From Minutocellus sp. GHC0000111 (lineage: Eukaryota), in NCBI GenBank assembly GCA_977018835.1, contig OZ361259.1, forward strand, positions 2,356,001-2,420,000: a stretch of DNA of 64,000 nt, written 5' to 3'. Each line of letters begins with the position of its first letter. Positions within the stretch are counted from its first letter, which is position 1. The notes below the pieces were generated by a model. It made no database searches, was not told the origin of the DNA, and saw only the letters and a program-made list of their open reading frames with translations. This document shows, one piece after another, positions 46,825 to 58,700 of this stretch. The position numbers were made by a program, and so were the translations under genes.

Positions 46825-48471
46825 TCATTTCGTGGCTGAAACTCCCAACATTGCCTTGAGGATTGCTTCTCGGTCGAATCGGAAGTCGCCAAACACATCC
46901 GTTGCGGGAGCTTGGGGTAAGTTTTCTGCCCATTGTCGCATGTAGATAATATGTTCGTCATCATCTCTCTTCAGTGACTTCTTGCTGCCCTGCTTGGCAT
47001 CCTGTGCCTTCACTCCAAGCTTCTCGGCTTGGCTCCGGCTTGTGATTTCCCTATCGGTCATGAAAATATCAAGTGCTGTTTTGGCACCACCAGGGGTTCC
47101 GCCAGTATCGGATGCAGATGACTCCTTACCTTCTTCTGTTGCCTCCATGGGAGTTGTTGCCCCCTTGCCCTGCAGCATGCTGAGCAAGGTCTTGCCAGCA
47201 TTCACTGGCTCTTCCTTCTCGTCGGCCGTGCCCTCTCCTTTCTTTTTCTTCTTTTTTGATTTCTTTCCCTTCGTCTGCTTTTTGCTCGATTGAGCTGCTG
47301 AAGATGCTGCAGAAGATCCTACTTCTTCTGTTACAACCTCACCCCAAGGCGTTGCACCATCTTCGGAGAAGAATGGAGTCAGCTCCTCACCGTCACCGTC
47401 GTCCCCTTCGCGGAACAAAGGTTGCAGTCGGCTCTTTTCGGGAGCAGGGGCGAGGCCCTGGATGCCCTCTCCACTGTTCATGAAGCCACCACCGACAACT
47501 CGGAATGCGTGCGGATCAATACCATCGAAGCCCTTCTCAGCAAAGACGTGGGGATTGCCGTCGTATTCAGATTTTTTGCCAGTCAACATTTCGTTGGCCT
47601 TGAACATGTCCTCAGCTGTCCAGCCCTTTTCATCGCCAGGTGCGGCAAGTCCCGAAATGGCGAGATCTTCGTCCTCCCGAACCTTGCCTCTCGAAGCACC
47701 TCTCGAACTAGCTCTGGAACTGGCGCGACCCTTCTTGGTACTTCCATCTCTTCCTCCCTTCTTTTGGCTCTTGCTCCTCTTGTTGTTATTGCCAGAGTCA
47801 GCGGCCAGCGTGTCCTTGGCATTCTTCCGGATCCAGCGACGTAGCTGCTTGATGAAAGGCGTGACGGCATACGATTTCTTAGGAATGTCGTAGATATCGA
47901 ACCACTGGATGTCCTTCACCTCCTTTCTCGCCACGGGAGCAAAGGGGAATTCCTCTGGGACGCCGCGGCATACGTAGCACGTACGACGCTTCTTGGGTCC
48001 ATCCTCAATGTAAGTCAACGCATCTTCGGACCGCAATCCCGACCACGGCAGGTCCTCTCCCCTCTCAGCAGCCGCCTCCAACAGACGCTTGGTCTCACCG
48101 ACCTGACAATTGGGGTCGAACCCGGTCTCTTCGTATGTTTCTCTGGCCCCGGCCTCAACTCCGGCCTCATTTTGATTTACCTTCCCGGCCGGGAAGGTCC
48201 AAGAGTTACCAAAGTATGCCTGGCAAAGCAGAATGCGAGTGCAATCCTGGTTCAAAAGGATGGTGCCATAGGTGCCGATCTTGCGCTTGTATTTGCTAAA
48301 GGCACCGTACATGGTATCAAACTCAGGCAGCATGGGCTCAAGCAGTGGTGAGAACTTGAACATAACCTTCGCAAATGCATGAAGGCTCTTGTAGTGCGGG
48401 ATCTTGGGCATGTCCGGCTGATCCGGGTCGTCTCCGGCATCGGCGAGAAGGTCCTCGTAGTACCAGTAAGC
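46825..48471 (-). CDS. DCP2: mRNA decapping enzyme catalytic subunit; 5' exon probably in the gap
   Basis: AYWYYED (Box A), YKRKIGTYGTILLN, Nudix box GKVNQNEAGVEAGARETYEETG, RKEVKDIQWF. Confidence 0.88.
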   Translation of the reverse strand, partial: AYWYYEDLLADAGDDPDQPDMPKIPHYKSLHAFAKVMFKFSPLLEPMLPEFDTMYGAFSKYKRKIGTYGTILLNQDCTRILLCQAYFGNSWTFPAGKVNQNEAGVEAGARETYEETGFDPNCQVGETKRLLEAAAERGEDLPWSGLRSEDALTYIEDGPKKRRTCYVCRGVPEEFPFAPVARKEVKDIQWFDIYDIPKKSYAVTPFIKQLRRWIRKNAKDTLAADSGNNNKRSKSQKKGGRDGSTKKGRASSRASSRGASRGKVREDEDLAISGLAAPGDEKGWTAEDMFKANEMLTGKKSEYDGNPHVFAEKGFDGIDPHAFRVVGGGFMNSGEGIQGLAPAPEKSRLQPLFREGDDGDGEELTPFFSEDGATPWGEVVTEEVGSSAASSAAQSSKKQTKGKKSKKKKKKGEGTADEKEEPVNAGKTLLSMLQGKGATTPMEATEEGKESSASDTGGTPGGAKTALDIFMTDREITSRSQAEKLGVKAQDAKQGSKKSLKRDDDEHIIYMRQWAENLPQAPATDVFGDFRFDREAILKAMLGVSATK

Positions 48472-48540
48472 TGCCATGTCGAGCAGATGTGCATGTTGAA
48501 ATTAGAAACAGGTGCATTGGAATGTCAACTAAATTGGACA

Positions 48541-48740
48541 NNNNNNNNNNNNNNNNNNNNNNNNNNNNNNNNNNNNNNNNNNNNNNNNNNNNNNNNNNNN
48601 NNNNNNNNNNNNNNNNNNNNNNNNNNNNNNNNNNNNNNNNNNNNNNNNNNNNNNNNNNNNNNNNNNNNNNNNNNNNNNNNNNNNNNNNNNNNNNNNNNNN
48701 NNNNNNNNNNNNNNNNNNNNNNNNNNNNNNNNNNNNNNNN
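48541..48740. other. Assembly gap (200 N)
   Basis: Run of n. Confidence 1.
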
Positions 48741-48916
48741 CGACGAACAGACCATCCTGCTGGGAGCAAAGCTCAACCAAGCAGGCCCACAATCCCAGCT
48801 GACCTATCGATGTAATAGATACATAATGAAGCTTCTATCTTAAACATTGATTCGGTCTTAAAGTTTTGGTATCGAAGAATTGCGATAAGACGCGTTTCTT
48901 TTCTTGAGTGAAAAGA

Positions 48917-50787
48917 TTATTCGTCGCCCTCCTCCTCTTCTTCGTCATCATCATCCTCGTCTTCACTCTCAAAAGTTTCAGGAGGGACGCCGTAGATGCG
49001 CATGATGGCCTTATTGGGATCACGCATTATGACATACTTGCCCTCGGGACGCTCCTTGAAGAGGCCAACGAGCATACGGATCAGCCCCCACATGCCACCC
49101 TCGGAAAGAGTGATCTGCGCGGCGAAATCGCGAGGACGGTAGAACTGCGTGGCAAGGACGACGTGCTGGTAGGGGTCCTTGGGAGCACTGCGGCTGACGA
49201 AGCCAATCTTCATCTGCGTGGCACCCGAGAGGATGGACTGGGCGGTCCACTTGGCGAGCTTGAAGGAGTTGTTCTTGAGCTCGCTGGCGAGGACGGCACC
49301 GCGCTGACTGTCGATCTTGTCGCGCCAGTTGATGCCGAGATGGACCTTGGAGGAGTCGAATTCATTGAGCGCGAAGGCGGTCATGTACTCCTCGTTGTCC
49401 TTGGCACCGACCTTCTTCTTGACGACACCGTGCAGCTCGGTACGGCACACGAGCTGGATGTCGTCACCGAGGTCGAAGCGGCGGTAACGGTAGGCGACGG
49501 AGGCGGGCTCCATGCCATCGTCATCCTCGTCGTCGTAGAAGGGGTTGGGAAGGTCGAAACTCTTGCGAGTTTTGGCCGACTTGAGGATCTGCTGGGAGAA
49601 GTTCTGGTTGATCATGGTGGCCTCGAGACCCAGGCGCTCGGGAGCGTTGATGCCCTCGGGATCGTCCTCCTCCTTCCTGGGAGGTTGGTTGGCGGTCTCG
49701 TTGACGGTGAGGTAATCGAACTGAGAGGCGTCGCGCTTGTCGAAGAAGAGAGCGCCACCAGGAAGCTTCTGGACGACAATGTCCCAGGGATAGACGGAGC
49801 GGGGGCACGTCATGAGATGAGCCAGGATGGCATCGGTAGCAAATACATTGCCCACGCCATCTATGGCGAGCTTCTCGATAACTGGATCGTCCATCGTGGT
49901 GACGGGGTAGAATTCTGCAGTTTGGAGATAACATCATGGAACATAGGTCAAGGTGGTGATCAGTCGACATCTGAGCAAAAGAAATGTACAGTATATGATA
50001 CATACATAGTCACATGTTGAAGTGTATCTCCCAGAGAGGTACCACACTCACCTTTGTTCTCCGCTCGCTTGAGTGGGACGGGAGCACGAGTCGAAACACG
50101 GTCGAAGGAATCGTTGTACTGGTCCACGAAGCCACACCACAGCAGATCCTGCTCTTCCTCGGGAGCGGCGGTGTTCTTGATGTGCTTGGCAATCTTGGGC
50201 AGATCGAACTCGTCGACGCGCTGCCAGTCCGGACGCACCGACACGGAGGCCTGCCGCTCGACGCGCTCGCGCCATCCGCCTCGTCCTCCGCGTCCACCGC
50301 CACGGCCACCGCGACCGCCGCCACGACCGCTGGGACGGTTCCAACGGGTGCGCTGGGGGGCATTCTTGTACGTCGGCTGGCCGGCATTGGCAGCCTCGCG
50401 CTTCTGCTTGGCGTTGAGGAGCTTGAGTCGGTTCATCGCCTGGCGCTTGCGGGCGGGGGCGACGTATCTGCGGGTCTGCGACTTGGCCGTATCGACCAGC
50501 TCGAAGGTTCGGTCCTCCTCGGCATCGACCTTGTACTGGAACTCGGCGTTGGCGCCCTCCCCATCGCGGCCGAGGCGACGGCGGTCGCGCTGCCTCTGTT
50601 GCTGGGCATGGCAACTCGAAGTAAAGTCTGCGGCTCTTCCTAGTCTGTCACTTCTACCGAAAGGCGCAAAGGGAAGGCCGGCGAACTTGGCCGTGGGGCT
50701 ATTGGGGTTGGCATCGTCCGCCTCGTCGCCGGCGGGGGGACCCCACGACGTGGGGTTGCTGGGAACGTACGGGATGGAGAAGCTCAT
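48917..50787 (-). CDS. EIF3D: Translation initiation factor 3 subunit D; intron 49915-50051
   Basis: [67 protein letters not shown]. Confidence 0.93.
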
Positions 50788-50992
50788 GGTCTCGCGGCGA
50801 ATGAGAGAGCGCTGGCGCGCTGGCGGTCTGCCGGGCTATTGGGATATGAGCTCATTATGCCGTCTTGCCGCCGCCGCGTCGCCTTTTTGCCGCGCCCATC
50901 CACACAAATCCAACCCCAGCATCATCATGAAGATCCCAGCGCTGCTCCTGGAGCCCCGTGCGAGCTTATGACAATAAATCGGGAGAAGAGAG

Positions 50993-53091
50993 ATGGGCAA
51001 GCACAGCGGCGATAAGGACCGCAGGAAGGAGAAGAAGGCCAAAAAGGCCAAGAAAAAGAGCAAGCGAGAAAAGCACGACGAGAAGGGTCAGACCGGCCAA
51101 CGAATGAGAAGATACCTGCAACTGATGCCAACTCCACCACTTCTGCACCTGAAGCTACACCACAGGTGGAGGTAGCCGTCTAGGTCCCTCTGGCAACGAA
51201 TCTGGGTGGAGATAATGACGCAAGTGATAAGGCGGGGCCGGTACATGTAGCATCTGGCTGGTCCTGGGATCAGGCATTCAGCGCTGCCGCGGAGATCCGC
51301 CCAAACGATGATGACCTAGACGAAGACTTTTTGCGCAGGACTGCTACTGCTACAGCTGCCGGCGACGGCAACGATTTCAACCAACAGGGAGGAAACAGTG
51401 GCCTTGCCGCCATTGCTAGTATGATTGGCAACACCAACCCATCATCGTCGTCTCATGGCAAAATCTCCGAGCCGGCGGTGCCAGAATCGACATCTTTAGC
51501 TATCGACACCGAATCGACGAAAGGTACGCCCACTGTCAAGGAGGGTGAGACTGACACTGAAAGAGCCCATGAATCCAAAAAGGACAAGAAGAAGAAAAAG
51601 AAGTCCAAGAAGAAAGACAAGAAGAAGAAACGAAGGAAAGATTCGGCCGATGATACCAGCACTGACGACGACAGTCATTCAAAACATAAATCCAAAAAGA
51701 GAAGGAGGTCCAACGATTCATCATCCAGCGAGGAAGATGATGATCCCGATCCAACATCCGACTCTGATGGTGCTGCTGCCCTCGAGGGACGGATGGTCCC
51801 AAGTAATCCCAGCAATCCCTCCTCAGAGCTGATTATGGTATTGGTCGATGCAGCATCTGGGATTGTCTATTCTGGAATGGACCGTACCGAAAGCGGTGAT
51901 CTGATTCAGGTTGGGAAGCTGGTAAACGGCCAAGTAGTCCTCGATCCCAAGTCTATTTCGCGATCGGAGGTGACCAAGGTGAGGTGATTTATTGTTTCGT
52001 TTGCTCTCCGAAATGCTCTTGCTCAATCGAACAAAGACGTATTAATTCAATTACGCATGTATCGAAGCCGATGCTCTTGCCTCATAGAGGATTGTGCATT
52101 TATCGCGCATATCCTCTCCCATGGCGTGCCATTCGGTCAAAAATCGTGCAATATCAGCCTTGGAGTCGAGGGACGGGTGTGACGCCCTTATGATAAGCGC
52201 AAAATGTGCTTCTTTTTAACCCCACTTGTGGTGTTCTCAATAGTCCTTCGAACATTTCTTCATCGAGATTATCAAGTCTTGCATCGTTTTGCTCCAAATC
52301 TTTCCTCTTCACTTCTAACCTTTCGAACCCACGCCTCCTTGTGTTGCTTCTTTTCACTTCTTTTTGTAACAAAAGACGACGCTCCATCATCGTTCCCTTT
52401 TCCGGTCGACGCCGATGATCACTGTGAATCTCCCCTCGATGCCTACGAGGACCTCGCTCCGATTCTTACGAGGCTCTGTGAGGGTCAAAACGGATTCCCC
52501 AAGAAGAAGAGTCCCTCTGATCTTGCAATATATGACCCATATTTCTGTGATGGGTCGGTAATTCGCAACCTCTCTAGCCTTGGATTTACGGATGTATACA
52601 ACAAAAAAGAAGATTGCTACAAGGTCTGGTCCTCCGAAAAATATCCCGAGTACGATGTTTTCATCACGAACCCACCCTACAGTGCCGATCATATTGAGCA
52701 ATTGATGAAGCATGTGACCTCGTCAAAACTTTCATCGAGACCTTGGTTTCTCCTCATGCCGAACTGGGTTCATAAGAAGGATTACTACACAAGGGCGCTC
52801 GATGATGCTGGCATCAAACCTTTCTACCTCATCCCAAAGAAGGGAAGGCGTTACGTGTACATTCCTCCGAAGGAGTTCCGCTCCAAAAAGGCCTCCGATG
52901 TTCACAAGAAGTCATCTCCGTTCATTAGTATGTGGTACTGTTACGGCGGCACTCCGCAGCAAAACGCCTCGCTTGTGGATTGGTGTCATCGATACAGCGG
53001 CGCCACCTGGGATGTCGCCCGGAGCAAGAGCGCCTTGCGAGATTTGAGACGGAAACAACAGAAACAAAAAGGCAAGGAGAAAGCCAAGTAA
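50993..53091 (+). pseudogene. Lys-rich protein with C-terminal NPPY-type amino-methyltransferase domain; lesions in exon 1
   Basis: C-terminal exon has DHCESPLDAY, IYDPYFCDG and ITNPPYS. Exon 1 has a frame change near 51090 and an in-frame TAG at 51181. Splicing between 51979 and 52375 is unresolved. Confidence 0.6.
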
Positions 53092-53336
53092 ATGAAAATA
53101 CAGTGTGGCTAAAAGAGTAAAAGGGGATAATTATATAGACAGTAAAGGGTACTACGTAGTAGACGACGCTGTGTATTTTTTTGTTCCAAAAGTTATTCTT
53201 GTGTCTTGCTCGAATAGCACAATCTTCATTTCGCATATCATGTCGAGGGCCTTGATTATCTTTTGCACACCAGTGCATCTTAGTCCAAACTCAAATATCT
53301 ACTGGCTGCCAAGCTGCTTTGCATCAGGAACACCCC

Positions 53337-55490
53337 CTACAAATCACTATCGGCAGGAAACCATCCCGGATCACTGATCAGCAACTTCTCCTCCACGCGA
53401 CGAATATTTTCAGTAGCGGCCTCCAATCGACGTCGCGCTCTGGCACGTTCCAGCTTGAGCTCACAGAGCTTGGTGGAAAGTGTATCGGCCTTGTTCTTAC
53501 GACTGCGTCCCCAGCGATCACCACTTTTTGAAGAGGACGAGTCATCACCACCGGCAATACTAGTAGAGGTAGCCTGAACATTTTCCGAACAGTCGCTGCA
53601 GAAAGGAGCGGAGAGCGCTGCGCCAGGGACTTGATTGTCCTTGCAACAAGTTGGGCAGATCATTTCATGGCAGTACGAGCAAGGAGATAGGCCACCGTTG
53701 GAGTCCGCGGAGGAACAATATCCACAGAAAGTCAGGCCACAGTCTCGGCATCCATCGACCTTGAGGCATTTGTCTCCGTACCAGGACATGCATTTGCTGC
53801 ATCCTGAAAGATCACTGCAGCACAACGAGCATTTCCGACATAGGCCGCACTCCTCGAAGTTGGGGAGGCAGGAGTCGCAGTACTGGTCGTCGCAGCAGTC
53901 ATACTTTCGAGAAATTTCTCGGCATTTCGAGCAATACATTCCCGTACACCCACCACATGGGTCGCTCAGATCCTCGCAGTAGATGCATACGAGCTCGTCG
54001 CATCCATCACAGAGTGCCAGTTCCTCGGGATCACATTGCTTGCAAAAGACGCTCTCACATTTAGAGCACTCGTTTGGATCTGGGAGGCATCGAGAGCAGA
54101 ACCAGCAGTCCCCATACCCTTCCCCACAAGGCGAGACTTCAATGCATTCAGGACAAAAAAAATTATCGCACTTGTTGCAGAACATCAAATCTTTGCATCC
54201 CTCACAAAATGACTTATGGCAATGGTCACACTCCCATACAGTGCAACAGCATTCACAAACATTCCGACTACATGGTCCCTGACACTTCTCAATTTCGTAA
54301 CAACTGCTGCACATAGGGATATGACATTCATCGCAAGTATCAATATTGACGCAGCATAGGTCTGAAAAGCACTTTTGGCACCGCTTGGTAGAGGGGCATT
54401 CATTTTGGCCACACGAAATCTTGCTACATTCGAAGCATCGAAGTGCCGAGGCTTCCTTTGCCTCGAATTGGTTGCAAGGAATCCTCTCGACGAGAGGTTC
54501 GTCGCAGTGACTGCATGGGACTCGATCAATCCAAAGCCGATCCTTCAACGAGCCGTCGAAACTATCGAGAAACTTCTTCACTTGTCCATACGAGTGAAAG
54601 CAATCCTGAATACGATTGGCCGTGTTGACACCGTTGACGAGAGGAGGCTTCTTCTGAGCATTGAAGCGAACGGTGAATAGTCGAGCCGTCAGCCTAGATC
54701 GACAGTTGTCATGTGTTGGACGAGCAAAGGGCATCATCGTTTTCAGTAGGCTTAGGACGAAACCCTCCTCGAGAGCAGTGCCATCAATGGCCCCTTGATA
54801 CATTTTCCTTAGATCCAGCTCCTCCAGAACGTGCGATCCCCTCAATGGCTCGAGCCCGAACCCTTGAATATTGGTGCAATATCGGATCGACAATGACTTG
54901 GTAATCGCCTTGGCATTGACAGCCTCCAAGAGCCGATGGAGGGATCGATCAGTCAGAGCAGGACGCTGACGGTAGGATAGTGTTTCCAAATCGATCTTTT
55001 CCCACAGGTACGATCTCGAATACACCGATTCTGCCAACGTCTTGCTACAAACCGACAACTTGACCAGAGACGAAAGGCTCAAACTGGTCAGGAGACACCG
55101 CGTGACGTCGTCGGGAATTTCAATCAGTACGAGCCGATTGTTGTTGGACAACGAAGCTGACGTCGTAGACTTGCCAGTTTTGGGCGGCGTCGATGCCGTG
55201 GGAGGGCTGTCGCATAGATCAATGATGGAGTCGTCGTCGTCAGCGGGGCTGGGTTGGCCAAGCAGAGGCAGAACAGCCGTCGGCGGAGTTGAGAGAGTGC
55301 CGCCAGCGCCTACACCAGCTACACCGACATTGTTCGTTGAGTCAGCCAAGGGACTGGCTGCCGCTGCCACTACCGACGACGGCTTCAGCTTCCGTGGCGT
55401 TGGGGTCAGCGAGAGGCGGCCTCCTCCTCCCTTGACACCATCGTCCTCCCCGGAACTTTGCTCGATCTGTACGCTAATCTGCTGCCCCAT
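53337..55490 (-). CDS. F-box/LRR-like protein with long Cys-rich (CxxC) array
   Basis: IPDDVTRCLLTSLSLSSLVKLSVCSK (F-box), LSIRYCTNIQG, many CxxC...CxxC repeats, coiled-coil end. Confidence 0.75.
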   Translation of the reverse strand: MGQQISVQIEQSSGEDDGVKGGGGRLSLTPTPRKLKPSSVVAAAASPLADSTNNVGVAGVGAGGTLSTPPTAVLPLLGQPSPADDDDSIIDLCDSPPTASTPPKTGKSTTSASLSNNNRLVLIEIPDDVTRCLLTSLSLSSLVKLSVCSKTLAESVYSRSYLWEKIDLETLSYRQRPALTDRSLHRLLEAVNAKAITKSLSIRYCTNIQGFGLEPLRGSHVLEELDLRKMYQGAIDGTALEEGFVLSLLKTMMPFARPTHDNCRSRLTARLFTVRFNAQKKPPLVNGVNTANRIQDCFHSYGQVKKFLDSFDGSLKDRLWIDRVPCSHCDEPLVERIPCNQFEAKEASALRCFECSKISCGQNECPSTKRCQKCFSDLCCVNIDTCDECHIPMCSSCYEIEKCQGPCSRNVCECCCTVWECDHCHKSFCEGCKDLMFCNKCDNFFCPECIEVSPCGEGYGDCWFCSRCLPDPNECSKCESVFCKQCDPEELALCDGCDELVCIYCEDLSDPCGGCTGMYCSKCREISRKYDCCDDQYCDSCLPNFEECGLCRKCSLCCSDLSGCSKCMSWYGDKCLKVDGCRDCGLTFCGYCSSADSNGGLSPCSYCHEMICPTCCKDNQVPGAALSAPFCSDCSENVQATSTSIAGGDDSSSSKSGDRWGRSRKNKADTLSTKLCELKLERARARRRLEAATENIRRVEEKLLISDPGWFPADSDL

Positions 55491-55799
55491 GGTTCGCCAG
55501 AATCGAATCAATCTCCGGGCAATGGCTTCGCTCTGCCGGCACTTTCAGAGACTACCTGCTCTGGCCAGAGGTAGCCTAGTAGGTATGGAGGACAACGATA
55601 CGATCCTCCCCTTCGATCGGTATGGGCGTTCTCGCGTTCTGCAGTTCTCCAGTTTGCAGCAATTTTTTGGAATTTTTATGGGGGAATTCCCCGATTTTGG
55701 ATCTCAAGCTCAAAAGCAGGATTTGATGATGTAGATCTACCGGAATTGGTTCGAATACATGTAGATAAAGTTTCCTAATCTTAAGAGGATAGATTAAGT

Positions 55800-58700
55800 T
55801 TACATCGTTGACACCGCGAGAGACTTGATCAGCTGCCACCTCTCGAGAAAGTCCTCAGGGTAGCTGCTTCCCTGCAATCGATCGATCGCTTCCAATACTG
55901 CCGACACTCGCACGTTATCTTTGAGCGTCTTCATGTCACCCTTGAGGACGTGCAGCTTCTCCCAAATGATGGGCCAGCGTCTAGCGAGGGTGGCCGGGTT
56001 GCCCTGGCGGCATAGCGCATCGATGACCTCCAGAGTTTGCATGATTTCTGCGCTGGAGACCTGGATGATATCATCGGGCAAGGACGACATCGACTGAGCG
56101 CCGTCCACATCGCTGGTAATGGAGGCACCGGAAACATCGCGGAATCGCTTGGTCCACCACGGGGCGATCGAGTCCAGAACTGCATCCTTCTTCACGGGCG
56201 CCTTGAGTAGATATCCGTGCGCCCGACTTCTGTAGATGGCAATGTCCTCACTGGAATCGTTGGCACTTCGGACCAGGGCGAGTATTCGCTTCTCTTCCTC
56301 CGGTGAGAGGGTCCGACGTATCCCCTCGACGCAGAGCGATCCCGAAATGGTCTTGTGTCCGTGATCATCTTTCACATCCAAGTTCTCGTCCACAATCACC
56401 AATATGAAGGCATCTGGGTTCGATCGGACAATATCACAGACAGTTTCTTCGAACGCCATAATTTCTTCAGTGGTCTCTCCCAAGATGACCGTCTTTTCCT
56501 TATCAACGCCGCACAAGCCCAGGAACCGACCAAGAAGCTTCCTCTGAATCTTGGAGTCATCAATAGCGATGCCCCAAGTTTGTGGAGGGAGGCGGAATTC
56601 CTTCGCCTGACCCTGGCGGGGGTTGGGAACGATTGCCTTGACCGGACAGCTCAATGTGAAGGTTGTTTTCGACGGTTCAAACTTGATGCGGCAGTCGCCG
56701 CCGAGCGTTTTGGCGCATTTCTTCATAATCCACGCCCCATCACCGGCAGAATGGCTGGCAGATTGATTGGTACTGATCAAAGCGTCCTGCGGTGTATCGC
56801 CAAGCTCAGGATGCAATCGTCTGCCAGCATCAAAGACGGCTTGTTCGGCCACTCGACCAAGCTGGAGGAGCTCGTCGTGCCCTTCTCCGGGGTGGTTGAT
56901 AACGTCCATGTACAGCTGTGATGTGTCCTTATCGAAAGTAATCTCAGTAAGGACCGTGCCACCACGCTTACCGTATTTGCACGCATTGCTCGTAGCATTT
57001 CTATGGATAAATCGGAGCAGCTGAGGATCAATCAAGAATTCTGGGAGGGGTTGCGGATGCGTCAGTAACGGGAAACGATTAGATTCATCCATGATTGCCG
57101 ATGCTCCGCGGACGCCGTATTGGGCCGACTCCATCTTGACACGTTCTAACTTGGGCTCGTATATACCGTGCATAACGCTGAGGTAGAAAAGTCACAGGCA
57201 TAGAATATGAGATGAGATACGAACAGTCAAAAAAGGAAAAAGATATGTATCCCATCATGGCAAAAGACAAACGAAACGCACTCTCTCGCCATGGATTGAG
57301 CCAGAATGGTGTCGAGGACTTCTCTCAAGGTAGAGTCAAGCTCCGCCATACATCGGCGAATGTCGAAATCAACTTCATGGCCCGATGCGTCGTGGAGCTT
57401 TCTCTTCCAAGCCTTGCTAACGGACGATAATATTTCCGCCGTACTAGTAGACATAGATTTGGCTTGAGGAGGTGACACTTGCGATTCAGTTTTCCCGTCG
57501 CTCTTTGCCTCTTCTTCCTTGTCTTTCTTTGTTGCGTCGGTCGGTGATTTGGGCTCCTCAATCAATGCGGGCAAGGCATTGGCACTACCAGCAGCAGGAG
57601 GTTGCTCCGGCGTCTTCGGCGATGTTTCTTCATCACCAAATGCTTCCCGGAGCGAATCGCAAAGACCAATGGCAGCGAGCAATCCATTCTTTACTTCATG
57701 CCTCGTAAAGCGGTTGGCCTCGGCATCTTTCGTCCGTGCTGTCTTCTCCATAACAACGCGCTTCTCAGCTTCGAAGCGCCGGAAGCGTTCGGATATGTCT
57801 CGCACTACGACCAGAATGGCATCGTTTTCCAACCTCGTCACCTTGGCCTCGCACCGAACGTGCCGGATCTCTCCCGTCTTGTTCTCCTCACGGACAATAT
57901 CATGCATAAGAAGTACCTCTTCGCCAGAGTGGGATGTATTCCACGCCCGAACGAGCAACTCGCCCATCGCCACGACACCTGGCCGAACTCCCGACGTCGG
58001 CTCCTCCTTGAACTTTGTGACGGCCGGTCCCGTTTCGGTCGGCAGACCCTTGAGCTCGAGGAAATGAACGCGCTTCGGCCTCACGCGAGGTCCCGATGCC
58101 GTTGACGACGATCGGGAGAAGTCATCGTCGTTGGCCGCCGCCACTTCCGGTGAGCTCTCCCCCTCATCGTCCATGCCGATATCGCTCAGATCGTTGAATG
58201 ACGATACACGGCGGGGCCGTATTCTCATATCTCTCCCATCGAGCTCAAATACCAAGGCCTTGGTCGAGCCGCCGTTCTTCTTCGGCCGGCGCTTAGTCGG
58301 CCGACTTCCATCGTCGTTGCTATCGAGGCTATCGTCATCGTCCACATTGAGGCCCGCATCCTCCTCCAAGCCCTTGTCGTCGTTGAACCGGCCGGCGATG
58401 GCATCCTCCAACTTGGCGAACGTCGGGCTGACCATGGTGGTAACGTTGCCGCTCTTGGCATTGCGGAAACTGATGGCAATGACGTCGCTGCTGCTGTCCC
58501 AAACGGCCGACAGCATGTACCTCAATTCCTTCAACCGCCGCTCGGCCCGGCTGCTCTCGTCGAAGACGGCGTCGTGGACGTCGACGATGATGGTCAAGTA
58601 CAGCACCTTGGACATGAGCTCGCAGCTGGTTTCCGTCAGCATGGGGAGGGAGGGCGACCCGACGATGGGGATGTGGGGCAGGTAGCGGGGGGCGGCCCAC

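Noticed and set aside
48338..48843. ORFs spanning the N run
   Set aside because: Artefacts of the assembly gap.
48908..50971. Long plus-strand ORFs (370 and 305 aa)
   Set aside because: Antisense shadows of GC-rich eIF3d.
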